From positions 1,920,001 through 1,984,000 of the forward strand of contig OZ244799.1 of the NCBI GenBank assembly GCA_965219955.1: a stretch of DNA of 64,000 nucleotides, in the 5' to 3' direction. The notes under the pieces are model-generated. The model saw only the letters and a program-made list of their open reading frames with translations. It was not told where the DNA came from and ran no database searches. The position numbers and the translations under genes are program-made. Shown piece by piece: positions 9,207 to 20,262 of the stretch. Position 1 is the stretch's first letter; every line of letters begins with the position of its first letter. Source of the DNA: a bacterium (GTDB taxonomy: Bacteria; UBA8248).

Positions 9207-10490
9207 CTAGAAGCTGTATTGAAGTCCTACCTGGAGGCGCGTCGCGTCGCCCTCCTCGCCGCCGTTCGTCTCGCGCCATCCCTGGATGATCTCCGCACCA
9301 ATCCTCGTCTTGGGCGCGGGTGACCACCAGATGGTGGCGTGCAGCGTCTGGAGCGACTGGCTGAGGGCCGGATACGCCGCTTGGGCGGCATCCTCGAAAT
9401 CATTCTCCACCCAGCCGTAATACAAGCCCGAGCTCACCGCGCTGGTCCAGTTATGCGTGATCCCCACGAAACCACCCATGGAATCCAGCGCTTCCAGCTC
9501 GTTGTTTGCGCTCAAGACAGCGGCGGCGGACGCTCCCAGCATGGATTGATCCAATCCGCCCTGGCCGACGTTGAACGTGCCCCACAGGCGGGTGTCCTTG
9601 CCCAGGCCGATGTTCGCGCCGAGGTGGAGAGCACTCATTGTGACGCTTTCTTCCAGCGCGCCGTCTTCGTAGAGAACCTGCCCCAACAGACCCGACACGT
9701 TAATTGCGCCCCAACCCGTTTTCATTCGCAGAGCCGCTACAAGGTTTGGAATCCGCTCCTGGGAGGACGTTTTTCCGCCGTCCTTCAGGATAGTCGGTGC
9801 GCTGGGATCCTCGAGCGCCACCTGCATCGTGAGGTCCTTTCCCATGGCCTGGGAGTAGCGGACTTGTGGCCGGCGGGTTGCGACCACGCCCACAGGACCT
9901 TCGAAATCGATCGTATCGGCGTAGGTGTTCTCGTCCATCAACGTCGTCCAGGTCTGGCCCGCCAGCACCCCGCCCAAAGTGCCGTAGGCGTGACGCAGGC
10001 GCAGGGCGTTGCCGCCACCGTAGAAATCGGTTTCGATTCTGGTTTTGAGGTTCCCCATTTTCGTCGGCGTCAGGCTGTCGAAGCGAAGGCGCGTCTGCCG
10101 GGCGTGCAAGGAGGCCTTGCGCTGACCACTGTCATCGCCCTCCAAGAGAATGCCGCTCGCGCCGCCTCCCCAGTCATAGCCGAAAAAGGAATCACCCATA
10201 TCCTGATCGAAATCGTAGATGGCGTCGAGCTTGACGTAGCCACTGAACGAGACGGAAGTGTTCGATCCCGGCATCTTCCAGGAGCCCGGAAAATCACCGG
10301 TAGCCACGGCCTTTTTCTGGGCGGCTTCCTGGGCGGCCATCATATCGGCCTTCATCTTCTTCTCCCGGGCTTCGAGAGCTTCGAGCCGCTCCATGAGAGC
10401 CTTGATCTGCGCCTTGAGATCGTCTATCTCTCCCCCGGCGGCAGGTGCTGCGAACAACGCCAAGGCCGTTACGCATCCAAGAAGCGCCAA
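9207..10490 (-). CDS. DcaP-family trimeric outer-membrane porin
   Basis: Signal peptide, N-terminal coiled coil, GYVKLDAIYD, ARQTRL, IETDFYG, LRLRHAYG, AGQTWT, C-terminal YSF; true start may be at 10517 (see findings). Confidence 0.85.
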   Translation of the reverse strand: MALLGCVTALALFAAPAAGGEIDDLKAQIKALMERLEALEAREKKMKADMMAAQEAAQKKAVATGDFPGSWKMPGSNTSVSFSGYVKLDAIYDFDQDMGDSFFGYDWGGGASGILLEGDDSGQRKASLHARQTRLRFDSLTPTKMGNLKTRIETDFYGGGNALRLRHAYGTLGGVLAGQTWTTLMDENTYADTIDFEGPVGVVATRRPQVRYSQAMGKDLTMQVALEDPSAPTILKDGGKTSSQERIPNLVAALRMKTGWGAINVSGLLGQVLYEDGALEESVTMSALHLGANIGLGKDTRLWGTFNVGQGGLDQSMLGASAAAVLSANNELEALDSMGGFVGITHNWTSAVSSGLYYGWVENDFEDAAQAAYPALSQSLQTLHATIWWSPAPKTRIGAEIIQGWRETNGGEEGDATRLQVGLQYSF

Positions 10491-11059
10491 ACCGAAACGA
10501 TTTGTTAGGTTTCTGATTGTTCACTCCCTCGTAGCAGGTCAAAAGGGCGGAAAGGGCAACAAATGAAAATACAATGCGTGGAACGATGTTCTTTCGTACC
10601 AAGGGAATTTCCCTGCAATCAGTTGATGCTGCCTGAAGTTTACTATTTTTAGAGTACCCGGGGCAAATCTTCTCTGACTCTTGGCATCTTTTCTTTTCCC
10701 GGCGTAATGACACGAGAGGGGAGCCGGAGGAGTTTGTGGTTAGCGGGTTCGCAAGTCCCCTGGGAACCGAAAACCTTGACATCGGCCTCGCCCCCTCCCG
10801 GCCGGTGACAATGGCTGTGGAGAGAAAATATGCAAAACGAGATAAAATAATCACAAACTGCCTGGAAAATCAGGGGATTTCCAAAAAAATCAGTTGCAAT
10901 CTTTATCATCTCGACTCACATTTGTTTCGTCCGCCTACGCTGCGGTACTGCCTGGGGCGGGATGTCAAATGCGCGAAGGACGTCTTTGCAGCGGCCGCTT
11001 CGGGTTCTGCAAAACTTCCCGCCGCCGTTAGCCCGACGCCGAAGAAAGGGCGAATAACG

Positions 11060-11461
11060 ATGAGAACACAGACGCGGCCCGTCATCATCGATCAAGCGGA
11101 TTTACCCTGGGAAGGATGGGAAGATGCCGATGTCGCCGCAAGCAGCGCCATCCGCTGGAAACTCCTGACCGCGGGCGAACGCACGGGAAGCGCCGGACTC
11201 GTCACCGGAATCGCGGAGATTCCGCCGGGCGAGCGGCTCTTGCTGCATCACCACGGGCCGGAAGAGACCTACTACATCGTGCAGGGGCGCGGGCGCTTGG
11301 AAATCGATGCCCGTGCGGCAGATGTCGGGCCCGGATGCGCCGCCTATATTCCGCCCAATGCGAGACACGCGTTGCACTGCACTGGAGAGGAACCTCTCAT
11401 CCTGGTATTCTCGTTCGCGCGGGACCGCTTCGACCAAGTCGACTACCAATTCGACGAATAG
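11060..11461 (+). CDS. Cupin-fold protein, DMSP lyase DddK/DddW-like
   Basis: IRWKLL...GSAGLVTGIAEIPPG...LHHHGPEETY...YIPPNARHAL...DRFDQVDY matches the remembered DddK/DddW pattern; start placed at MRTQ. Confidence 0.65.
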   Translation: MRTQTRPVIIDQADLPWEGWEDADVAASSAIRWKLLTAGERTGSAGLVTGIAEIPPGERLLLHHHGPEETYYIVQGRGRLEIDARAADVGPGCAAYIPPNARHALHCTGEEPLILVFSFARDRFDQVDYQFDE

Positions 11462-11672
11462 GGCCTCGCCGTCAGATGTGCGGATCAGGCCGTGCAACAC
11501 GATCATGCCATGGCGGCGGCGATCTCCCGCCGGATATATTCAAGCTCCTCATTCGTGCGGCGCTTTGCCGGCTGAAGAGGCAGTCGGGTGGCGACCGCTC
11601 TTCGGGGTCGTCCAGCACCGGGTAGGGAAAGCTTGTGCAGGCCGGTGTCCCGCCGCTACGGGCACGGTGTGT

Positions 11673-11895
11673 TCAGGAGGAGGACGCCCCTGGATTCCCT
11701 CTCAGAATGTCGGCCACGATGATCTCCGATACGAGGAGGGCGGCCTCTCTCGCCGAATCACGCGCGGGATACGCGTAGCGCGCCGTGGTCTCGACCCCTA
11801 TGTGGCCGAGCAGCTTCCCGATAGCGGGCAGGGACTCGCCCAGCGTGAGCGCCCGGCTCGCGAGCAAATGACGCAGGTCAGGAATGCGGACAATA
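11673..11895 (-). pseudogene. Tyrosine integrase C-terminal remnant
   Basis: RIPDLRHLLASRALTLGESLPAIGKLLGHIGVETTARYAY: box II/III catalytic region only. Confidence 0.8.
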
Positions 11896-11899
11896 TCGA

Positions 11900-12080
11900 G
11901 TCCCGCGTGCGCTCGGGGTATTCGGCGAGGGCACGCAGCGAATCATCCGCCGGGCCGTGGAGTCGGAGTTGAGAGCCTTTCTGGAAGAGGATTCTCCCAA
12001 GCGAGACGCGCGAAGTCGTCGCGCGGTGGTGCGCAACGGCTACCTGACTTTGCGGGAAGTGTTGACGGGAATCGGCATGG
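11900..12080 (+). mobile_element. IS256-family transposase N-terminal remnant
   Basis: Frameshifted IIRRAVESELRAFL...VVRNGYL...REVLTGIG segments. Confidence 0.6.
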
Positions 12081-12400
12081 TACGGGAGTGACGTGTCACG
12101 ATATCTGAATGGTTTGTGAAGATTCACAGTGTATGAGCCGGACCCGGCCGGGGCAAACCCGGAAAGAGCCGAGGGATACAACGCGAGCGCACCATGTCGC
12201 CGGGCACCGCGGAGCGGGATTTCCCGAAGATGAGGGCGCGAATTCGCCAGGGCGGAGCATGACGGGAGGGCGGGTTGCATCAAGGCAGGCCGGGAGGGAT
12301 CGTGTCTCTCGCGCTTTTGTTCAAACACCTTGAGTGAAGCGTGCTGCTGAAAGGACGGAAGCACCGGCCTGCCGGCTCGCCCCTCGGCGAATGAAGCCCG

Positions 12401-12860
12401 CTACGGGGCGCATTCGGAACCGGAAGCCCGACTCCAGTCTTCTCCCATGACGTCGTCCGCGATGCTCCCGGCGACCCGCTCCGCGGCCTCCTGCTCCGAG
12501 TTACGCGCGAGGTGCGCGTAGCGCGCCGTCGTCTCCATCCCGCTGTGGCCCAGGAGTTTCCCGATCACGGGCAGCGCCTCGCCGAGCGCCAGCGCCCTCG
12601 ACGCGTAGGAGTGCCTCAAGTCGTCAAGTCTCCAAATTCTCCAGGCCCCCCAAGTCCCTCACGGCCCCCAGTACTAGTGGACGTTCAACGGGCGCGTCCT
12701 TTCCGTTTTGGCCGAGGAACATGTGGGGGTCGTCCCGCGAGCGGGGAACCTCTTGCAACACCCTGAGCACGGGCGCCGTCAGCGAAACCATGTGAGTACC
12801 CGCCTTGGCATCTTAGAGTCTCAATCCGCCCACCGCGCGGTCAATGCCGTCCCAGCGTAT
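12401..12860 (-). pseudogene. Tyrosine integrase remnant (same subfamily as 11673-11895)
   Basis: LDDLRHSYASRALALGEALPVIGKLLGHSGMETTARYAHLAR; upstream degraded DAKAG...VSLTAPVLRVL segment. Confidence 0.8.
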
Positions 12861-13163
12861 TCGTTTTGCTCCGATGCTTTGCTAATCCCCATCACTACAA
12901 GAGAGAACCTTTGCCCGACGTAAACGCGTGTCTATTGGCTTGAGTTGTAATTTATCCGCTTTCGATTTGATTACATTTTATGGAAGGCCGATTTCAAAGG
13001 AAGCTTCTACAAACCAACTCCTCGCATAGTGTCAACAAACTACAGGGATATAACTGTCACTGAAAATCCCCGCCGCCCATAAACGAGCGGATTACAATTT
13101 CCGATGTTCTTTCTTAAAATGCGTGATTTCAAGAAGCCTGAATGGGCGACGGACTTGCATATT

Positions 13164-14582
13164 TCAAATCTGCCAGTCGCCGCCCAGGGCGAGAAAGAGG
13201 TTGACGCGCTGCTCCAGCGCGAGGCGCCGGATGGAGAGCTTGTTGCTCTTCGCTGAGAGCACGCGCTGTTGGATGGCCAGCAGGTCGATCAGGGCGATTT
13301 CGCCTTCCTTGTATCGGAGTTGCGCGATTCGATGCGCTTTTTCCGCTTCGCTCAACGCGACGCCGAGCGCCTCCTCGCGCCGGGCGAGCGTGCCGGCGAG
13401 GTCGAGGTTGGTTTCCACCTCGCTGAACGCGCCCAGCGCGGTTTGGGCGTACGCCGCCAGGGCCTGTTTTTGCTCCGCCGTGGCGATTTCCACCTGCGCT
13501 CTTCTCACGCCGCCGTCGAAGATGGGGGCCAGCAGGTTTCCCACGAGCCGCCAGGCGATGTTGGCCGGATCGACGATGTTCGACAGGGCGTTGGAGGTGC
13601 CGCCGATGTTGCCGGTCAGACTCAACTGCGGCAGGCGCGCGGCCTTCGCCTGTTTGAGGGCGTTGAAGGCGGCGGCGACGCGGCGTTCGCCCGCAATGAG
13701 GTCCGGCCGCCGCTCCAGTATGTCCGAGGGTACGCCCGGCGGCGGCATGGGCGGCAGCGGCGGGAGCGCCGCGCGTACGGCGATATCGCCTTTCGGGTAG
13801 CGTCCCAGCAGCACTTCCAATGCCCGCAGGGCCTCTCTCTCTGACGCTTCCAGCGCGATCAGTTGTTCGCGGGTGGACGCCAAATCGGATTTCGCCAGCG
13901 CGACATCCTGGGCGGTAGCGAGGCCGTTCTCGTATTGCACATTGATGATGCGGACGGTTTCTTTGAGCGATGCGAGGATTTCCCTCAATATGGCCGTTTG
14001 CCGCCCCGCCTCGATGGAGATGAAGTAGGCTTTAGCCGTCGCCGCCGCCAGGGAGTGCTGCGCGTATTTGTAGTCGGCGGCCGCGGCTTCGGCGCTTGCG
14101 ACGGCGGCGCGCCGCCCCGCGCCGATGCGCCCCCACAGGTCGACTTCCCAGTTCAATTGGACCGAGAGCGAGAGGTTCGAGGTCTCGGGCGCGGCGCTCT
14201 CGAGCGCGCCGGCGCGCGAACCGGCGAAGGCCAGTTTCACCTGGGGCTTCAGTTGCGCGCCGGCCTGAACGGCCAACGCCCGGGCGCGCTCCACGTTCGC
14301 CGATGCGGCCATGAGGTCGCGGTTGTTCGCCAGGGTCTGCGCGACGAGTTCGTTCAGCCGGGCGTCCCCGAAGGATTTCAGCCAACCGACCCGCCTCGCG
14401 CTTCTGAGCTGCGTTTCGTCCACGCTCGTCGCCCAGGTTTGCGGCGTGAACGTGGTTTCGCGCGCGATTTTGGCCTTGACGGCCCGGTCGTCGCGGACCT
14501 TGGCGCGGCCGCAGCCGGTCAACGCGACCAGAACACATACCGACAACACCTGAACGGGCAGGAGCGGCCTTTTATTCCGCAT
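13164..14582 (-). CDS. RND efflux outer-membrane factor lipoprotein (OprM/NodT family)
   Basis: Lipobox LTGC; WEVDLWGR, PSDILERRPDL, LFLALGGDW. Confidence 0.93.
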   Translation of the reverse strand: MRNKRPLLPVQVLSVCVLVALTGCGRAKVRDDRAVKAKIARETTFTPQTWATSVDETQLRSARRVGWLKSFGDARLNELVAQTLANNRDLMAASANVERARALAVQAGAQLKPQVKLAFAGSRAGALESAAPETSNLSLSVQLNWEVDLWGRIGAGRRAAVASAEAAAADYKYAQHSLAAATAKAYFISIEAGRQTAILREILASLKETVRIINVQYENGLATAQDVALAKSDLASTREQLIALEASEREALRALEVLLGRYPKGDIAVRAALPPLPPMPPPGVPSDILERRPDLIAGERRVAAAFNALKQAKAARLPQLSLTGNIGGTSNALSNIVDPANIAWRLVGNLLAPIFDGGVRRAQVEIATAEQKQALAAYAQTALGAFSEVETNLDLAGTLARREEALGVALSEAEKAHRIAQLRYKEGEIALIDLLAIQQRVLSAKSNKLSIRRLALEQRVNLFLALGGDWQI

Positions 14583-14585
14583 CGC

Positions 14586-17500
14586 TCACGGCTCCCTCGA
14601 CTTCTGTCGGACGGATTCGGAAAACAAGGCGTAGAGCACCGGCGCGATCACCAGCGTCAGCAGCGTGGCGAAGGTGAGTCCGAATACGAGCACCACGGAC
14701 ATCGACTTGAAGAACGCATCGAAATACAACGGCATCACCCCCAGCACGGTCGTCAGCGCGCCCATCATGACGGGGCGGACGCGGCCGGCCGCCGCATCGA
14801 CCACGGCGTCGAAACGCGGCTTGCCCTCGCCGATCTCCAGATCGGTCTGATCGACGAGCACGATGGCATTCTTGATCAAGAGCCCCGACAAGGACAACAG
14901 GCCCAGTATCGCCATGAACTCCATGGGCGTGCCCGTCGCCAGCAGCCCGACGACCACCCCGATGATGGCGAGCGGCACGACCAGCCAGATCACGACGGGC
15001 TGCCTGACGCTGCCGAAAAGGATGAACACGACGAGTACCATGGCGAGGAAACCCAGCGGGATGGTCGAGGCCAGGTTTTCGTTGGCTTCGCTGGAATCGC
15101 CGTACTCCCCGCCCCATTCGAGCCGATGGCCCTCGGGCAGGTCGATGGCTTCGATCTTCGGACGAAGGCGCGCGAGGAGATCCGCAGGCAGTTCGCTCGG
15201 GTAGGGGTCGCTTTGCGCCTTGATTCGCCAGACGCGGTCCTTGCGCCGTACCAGGCCGTCGCGCCATATCGTCCGGAAGCCTTCGGTCACCTGGGCGATG
15301 GGCACCGCTCTGCCCGTGACCGAACTCAGCACCTGAATGTTGCGGATGTCGTCGATATCCACGCGCTCGTGTTCGGGCGCGCGGGAGATGATCGGGACCA
15401 GTTCGTCCTTCTCGCGGTAGACGCCGACGACACGCCCGGAAAAGTTTCTCTGGAGGGCCTGCGCGAGGTCCTCGCGGGAGACGCCCGCGCGCCGTCCGGC
15501 GCTTTTCGCATAAACGGGTTCGATCACGCTCACCGGCTGGCGCCAGTTGTCCTTTATCGAGAGCGCACCGCCGTCGGCCGCCATGACGGCCTTGGCCCGG
15601 TCCGCCAGGGCGCGAAGCGCCTTCGGTTCGGGCCCGCTGAACTCGGCCTCGATTTTCGACCCGCCGCCGGGCCCCAGCACGAAGCGCCACACCTTCCCCT
15701 GGGCTTGGGGAAAGGCGTTTTCCACGTGTTCTTGAATCTCGGGCATCAGGGCGTCGATCATCTTGTAGTCGTACGTGCGCACCAGCAGTTGTCCGAAAGC
15801 CGGGTTCGCGGACTCGGGGGTATAGACCAGCATGAATCGCGGCGCGCCGGCCCCGATGGACGCCTGCACCGCGCTGACCCCTTCCAGACCCGCGACGAAC
15901 TTCTCAAGCTCCGTGATGTCGCGTGCGGTCCTTGAGATGTCCGTCCCCTCGGGCAGCCAGTAGTCCACGACGAACAGCGGCGTGGTGGATGCGGGGAAAA
16001 ATCCGGACTTGACGAACTTAAATCCCCACGCCGAGGCGAGGAATATGCCCAGGGTGCCGATGAGTACGACGATGCGCATTCTGAGTGCGAAGCGCAGAAA
16101 CCATTTGTATGCCCGCAAGAAGCCACTCTCACCCCTCTCACCGCGGCCCGGGGGCTGCGCGGGCTCTCTGAAGAGCCAGAAGCAGAACAGCGGCGTCAGC
16201 GTGATGGCGAATACCCAGCTGCACATGAGTGAAATCAGGATCACCCAGAACAGATGGCCGGTATACTCGGCGGTGGAGCCGGGGGCGAAGCCGATGGGCG
16301 CGAAGGCGATGATGCCGACCAAGGTGCCTCCCAGCAGCGGCAAGACGGCGCGCTTGACGATGCGGTTCGCGATTTCGAGTTTCTTCGCGCCGCCCTGGAC
16401 GCCGACGAGAATGCCCTCGGTCACCACGATCGCATTATCCACCATCATGCCCAGGGCGATGATGAGCGCGCCGAGTGAGATGCGGTGCATGGGAATATCG
16501 ACGGCGTGCATCGTCGCCAGGGTGGCGAAAATCGTCATCAGCAGGATCGCGCCGATCACGACGGCCGACCTCAGCCCCATGAAGATCAGCAGCGTGACGA
16601 TGACGATGACCAGCGCGGCGACCACGTTGACGACGAAGACCTGTACCGATTCGTCGACGATTTTTCCCTGGTGGTAGAATTGATGGAGCTCGACGCCCAG
16701 GGGGCGAAACCTCTCGCCGTCCGCGATTTTTTCGTCGATGGCCGCGCCGATTTTTACGATGTTCCCGCCCGATACGCCCGAGACGCCCAGCGCAACCGCC
16801 GCCTCACCGTTGTAGCGATAGAGTTTTTCCGCAGGCTCGCGGTACCCCCGCCACACGCGCGCGATGTCCTTCAGAAAAATTACTTTCCCCTTGTTGTCCG
16901 AGGACACGAGAAGGTTCCGGATCGCCTCGACGGAGTCAATCGACCCCGTGGGATCGATCACGATACGCTGATCGCCGATTTTGACGTCGCCGGATGCGAC
17001 GACGGCGTTTTGCCGCGCGAGGGTGTCGTAGATGTTGGATATGGAAAGCCCCAGGGCGGTCGCGTCCTGCCGGGAGATCTCGACGAAAATCGCTTCCCTC
17101 CTCAGTCCGTCCAGCGTTACGCGGGCGACGCCTTCCACTTCCAGCAGCGCGCGCTGCAGGGATTTGCCGTAGCGCTTGAGTTCGGCGGGCGAATAACCAT
17201 CGCCCGTAATGAAGTAGAGCAGACCGAAGACGTCGCCGAAATCATCAGCCACGTAAGGCGTTTCCGCGCCGGGCGGCAGGGCGCGGGCGGCGTCGTTCAC
17301 CTTGTTGCGCAGCTTGGTCCAGATGAGCTGAAGGTCGGTTTTGGTGGGTGAGGCTTCGTATTTTATCTCCACGTTGATTTCGGATTTTCCCGCGGTGGAC
17401 ACCGACTCGATGGAATCGACCTCCGCCAGTTGCTGGATGGCCTTCTCTAGGGGTTCGGTGATTTCGAACGCGACCTCGTGGGGGCCGGCGCCCGGGTAGT

Positions 17501-17648
17501 TCGTGACGACGAGCGCCTGGCGGATGATGAATTCCGGATCCTCGAAACGCGCCATGTTCTGGTAGGCCGACCAGCCGCCCGCAATCGTCAACGCGATGAC
17601 GATGACGCTTAACACGGTGTTCTTGATGGTGAATTCGGCGATTTTCAT
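14586..17648 (-). CDS. RND efflux transporter permease subunit (AcrB/AcrD/AcrF superfamily)
   Basis: 1020 aa; REDP-type N-term (RFEDPEF), GMMVDNAIVV, GLLIKNAIVLVD, RVRPVMM. Confidence 0.95.
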   Translation of the reverse strand: MKIAEFTIKNTVLSVIVIALTIAGGWSAYQNMARFEDPEFIIRQALVVTNYPGAGPHEVAFEITEPLEKAIQQLAEVDSIESVSTAGKSEINVEIKYEASPTKTDLQLIWTKLRNKVNDAARALPPGAETPYVADDFGDVFGLLYFITGDGYSPAELKRYGKSLQRALLEVEGVARVTLDGLRREAIFVEISRQDATALGLSISNIYDTLARQNAVVASGDVKIGDQRIVIDPTGSIDSVEAIRNLLVSSDNKGKVIFLKDIARVWRGYREPAEKLYRYNGEAAVALGVSGVSGGNIVKIGAAIDEKIADGERFRPLGVELHQFYHQGKIVDESVQVFVVNVVAALVIVIVTLLIFMGLRSAVVIGAILLMTIFATLATMHAVDIPMHRISLGALIIALGMMVDNAIVVTEGILVGVQGGAKKLEIANRIVKRAVLPLLGGTLVGIIAFAPIGFAPGSTAEYTGHLFWVILISLMCSWVFAITLTPLFCFWLFREPAQPPGRGERGESGFLRAYKWFLRFALRMRIVVLIGTLGIFLASAWGFKFVKSGFFPASTTPLFVVDYWLPEGTDISRTARDITELEKFVAGLEGVSAVQASIGAGAPRFMLVYTPESANPAFGQLLVRTYDYKMIDALMPEIQEHVENAFPQAQGKVWRFVLGPGGGSKIEAEFSGPEPKALRALADRAKAVMAADGGALSIKDNWRQPVSVIEPVYAKSAGRRAGVSREDLAQALQRNFSGRVVGVYREKDELVPIISRAPEHERVDIDDIRNIQVLSSVTGRAVPIAQVTEGFRTIWRDGLVRRKDRVWRIKAQSDPYPSELPADLLARLRPKIEAIDLPEGHRLEWGGEYGDSSEANENLASTIPLGFLAMVLVVFILFGSVRQPVVIWLVVPLAIIGVVVGLLATGTPMEFMAILGLLSLSGLLIKNAIVLVDQTDLEIGEGKPRFDAVVDAAAGRVRPVMMGALTTVLGVMPLYFDAFFKSMSVVLVFGLTFATLLTLVIAPVLYALFSESVRQKSREP

Positions 17649-17700
17649 GGCGCGGCGCAGTCGATGAGGTGGGTCGGGCCGGGTGGTCGATTCGGGCGCA

Positions 17701-18771
17701 TCATTTCCACTCTCTGATCTTCATGCCCTCCGAGAGATAGGCCGCGCCCGCCCCGGCGATGGTTTCCTCGGCCGCGAGCCCCGCGGTGACGACGACCGTC
17801 TCGCCCACACCCTCTTCGAGCGTGACGGCGCGCTTCGATACCCGCATCGTTTTCCTGTCCACAGCCCAGACGTAGTTGTTCTTCCCGTCGCTGGTCACTG
17901 CGGCCAGCGGCACCGCCACGCGCGGCGTGCGCGCCTTGTTTTCGATTCGCAACTCCACGTTGGCGTTCATGCCGGGCAGGACGAGCAGGTTTTCGGGAGG
18001 ACGGAAGGCGAACGTGACCGCGTAGGTCTGGGACGCCGTATCCGCCAGAAGCGTCGCCTCCTTGAAGGCGGCCCTGATGCGCCGGTCCGGGGCCGCGTCC
18101 AGTATGACGAATGCCTGCTGATTCCTTTTTTCGGCGGTCTTTCTGGGAATCCTGGCCAAAAAAGCGGCGGGCAGATCGATGGCGGCTTCGAACGAGTCGC
18201 CGCTCATGAATTTGACGACGGCCTGGCCCGGCGACACGTTTTGCAGTTTCCTCACCATCGTCTGCGCGATCAGCCCGTCGAAGGGCGCGCGCAGCACGGA
18301 GTCGGCCAGCGTCTTTTCGGCGTGCTCGAGCTGCGCCCGGCTCACGTCCCGCTGGGTCTTGCGCTTCTCCAGCACGGTGCGCGCGATGGCGTCCTGCGCC
18401 GCCAGGCGAACCGCGCGCCGATATTCTTTCTCCGCGTTTTGGTATTGCGACCTGGCCGAGGCGAGGGCGGAGCGGAAATCTCGCTGATCCAGTCTGGCGA
18501 TGAGCGCGCCGCGCTTAAGGCGCTGCGCATCCCGGACCGGGAATTCGCGCAGCATCCCGCCCACCTGGAGGCTGAGCTCGGACAACCGGCCCGCACCGAT
18601 CACCGCCGGGAAGCGGCTCACCCGCGCCCCGCCGGCCGCCTTGACCGTGATCAGCTTGACCGGACGCACGGCCGGGGTTCTGCGCTTCGTTTCCGGGGCG
18701 TCTTCGCAGGCATATAGGAACAGAGCGAGGAACAAAACGACGCACGGGCCGAAGCGGATTCTGGCCGACAT
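17701..18771 (-). CDS. RND efflux periplasmic adaptor (MFP)
   Basis: Lipoprotein leader LYAC; LSLQVGG, LRAPFDG, LPGMNANV, VAVPLAAV; first gene of the RND operon. Confidence 0.93.
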   Translation of the reverse strand: MSARIRFGPCVVLFLALFLYACEDAPETKRRTPAVRPVKLITVKAAGGARVSRFPAVIGAGRLSELSLQVGGMLREFPVRDAQRLKRGALIARLDQRDFRSALASARSQYQNAEKEYRRAVRLAAQDAIARTVLEKRKTQRDVSRAQLEHAEKTLADSVLRAPFDGLIAQTMVRKLQNVSPGQAVVKFMSGDSFEAAIDLPAAFLARIPRKTAEKRNQQAFVILDAAPDRRIRAAFKEATLLADTASQTYAVTFAFRPPENLLVLPGMNANVELRIENKARTPRVAVPLAAVTSDGKNNYVWAVDRKTMRVSKRAVTLEEGVGETVVVTAGLAAEETIAGAGAAYLSEGMKIREWK

Positions 18772-19003
18772 CTGGACGCTTCTCCCTGGGTGGTTTCACG
18801 CGCCAACTGTGAAAGCCTGCACAGCGGAACGACCTTCCTCTCTATATGACGGGCAACAAAAAAAACCTTATTATAGATTATGAACTCTTACAAGCAACGG
18901 AGTATTCATTGCAGACGCTTAAATGGAGTGGATTTCGAGCCATACTAGGGCATTTCAGCGGCAGCAGACATAATTTCCATTGGTGCGATACAGGGACCAG
19001 TGC

Positions 19004-19459
19004 ATGTTGAGACAGATATTCATTGGAACTATCGTTATATTCTTTACGATTGTGATACAGGTGCTGTTCATCAGCACGGCCGCCGAAGTGCTGAGAAGAC
19101 GAAAAGCATGGCTTGTGAAACCGCCTTTCTTCGTCAAGACAATCGTTGCGCTGGTCGGCGTGGTTCTATGGCTAATCGTGGGAATCAGCCTCAGTGCATG
19201 GTCCTGGGCGGGTGTATTGCTGTTTCTCGGCACATTTCGAACCATGGAACCGGCCCTATATTTTTCCATTGTCACATTCACGACGTTGGGGTATGGGGAT
19301 ATCACCGTCGATTCGCAATGGCGCATTCTGGCCAGTTTCGCTGCCGTAGACGGCCTCATCATATTCGGTGTGAACACTGCATTTTTGGTCGAATTCACCA
19401 GGCGCTTGCGGCTGACTCAGCTAGGAATTCTCGAATCGAACAATGCGAACAACGAGTAA
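19004..19459 (+). CDS. Small potassium channel family protein (Ion_trans_2)
   Basis: ALYFSIVTFTTLGYGDI selectivity-filter motif flanked by TM helices. Confidence 0.85.
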   Translation: MLRQIFIGTIVIFFTIVIQVLFISTAAEVLRRRKAWLVKPPFFVKTIVALVGVVLWLIVGISLSAWSWAGVLLFLGTFRTMEPALYFSIVTFTTLGYGDITVDSQWRILASFAAVDGLIIFGVNTAFLVEFTRRLRLTQLGILESNNANNE

Positions 19460-20262
19460 GGAAACAACAGAAGTCCGTTCGTCACAAGAGAAGTACACAC
19501 TCTCCTTGCAAGCATTCTCTCGGGCGTTGATCTATCTCTAGAAAGAGGCCGGAGGCGGTCGCCATACTTTTTTATGGATTCCGATACAGAACAGACTTTG
19601 ATGCTAAATGCTTTCTTGAATACTTTCGCACATTGCGACCGTTCGAACCCGTAAATGCTATAACTTGAATGGTGAAGTCAAAAGCACGTGACATTACTTT
19701 CGAGATATATAAATCCAAGTTGTGGCAGATACGGTGTGCGCGCTCAATTGGAGAAGGTGGCACATCTAAAACCGCTCTTAGTAACGAGGATACTCATCCT
19801 TGCTCTTTCTATCGCGTGGTTAATGGTACGACGAATATTGTTGCGGCAGAGCCTCGGATATTCCTGCTTTGATTATAAGGCATAACACTCGATGGCGATT
19901 TCTCCCGTCCACGCCCGTAGACGCGAGACGTCGTGCCAGATATGCATTCGAAACAGCATGTCCATGCCTACGCCGAATGCCTGTTCGATACGGTGTGTCA
20001 GCTTTTGTGAAAGCGACGCCTTACCGTTCAGCAGGCCGAAAGCGTCGCACGGCGAACGCCAAGAATCCCGACGCTCCTGGTCACGCTCAGACCCAGCGCA
20101 TCGAATACCTCCGTTCTTATGAACATGAACCTGCCGAGACGAGGGCTGGACCTAATAGTGATCGTTTTCTTTTGGAAGCCGATAATTACGGGAAATCTCC
20201 ATCCGCAGGGATGAAAGCAGAAGCGTCGTGAACAACATCGAAGAACAACCCTGGAGACATTT

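Noticed and set aside
13863-15935. Long antisense or alternate-frame ORFs (e.g. 690 aa here, 5630-6901, 21466-22602, 55410-56996, 57967-59283)
   Set aside because: Shadow ORFs of well-supported high-GC genes; no motifs
19560-20230. AT-richer stretch with a YGFR motif suggestive of a reverse transcriptase relic, and several short ORFs
   Set aside because: No other RT motifs (no PQG or YADD); ORFs short and unrecognisable
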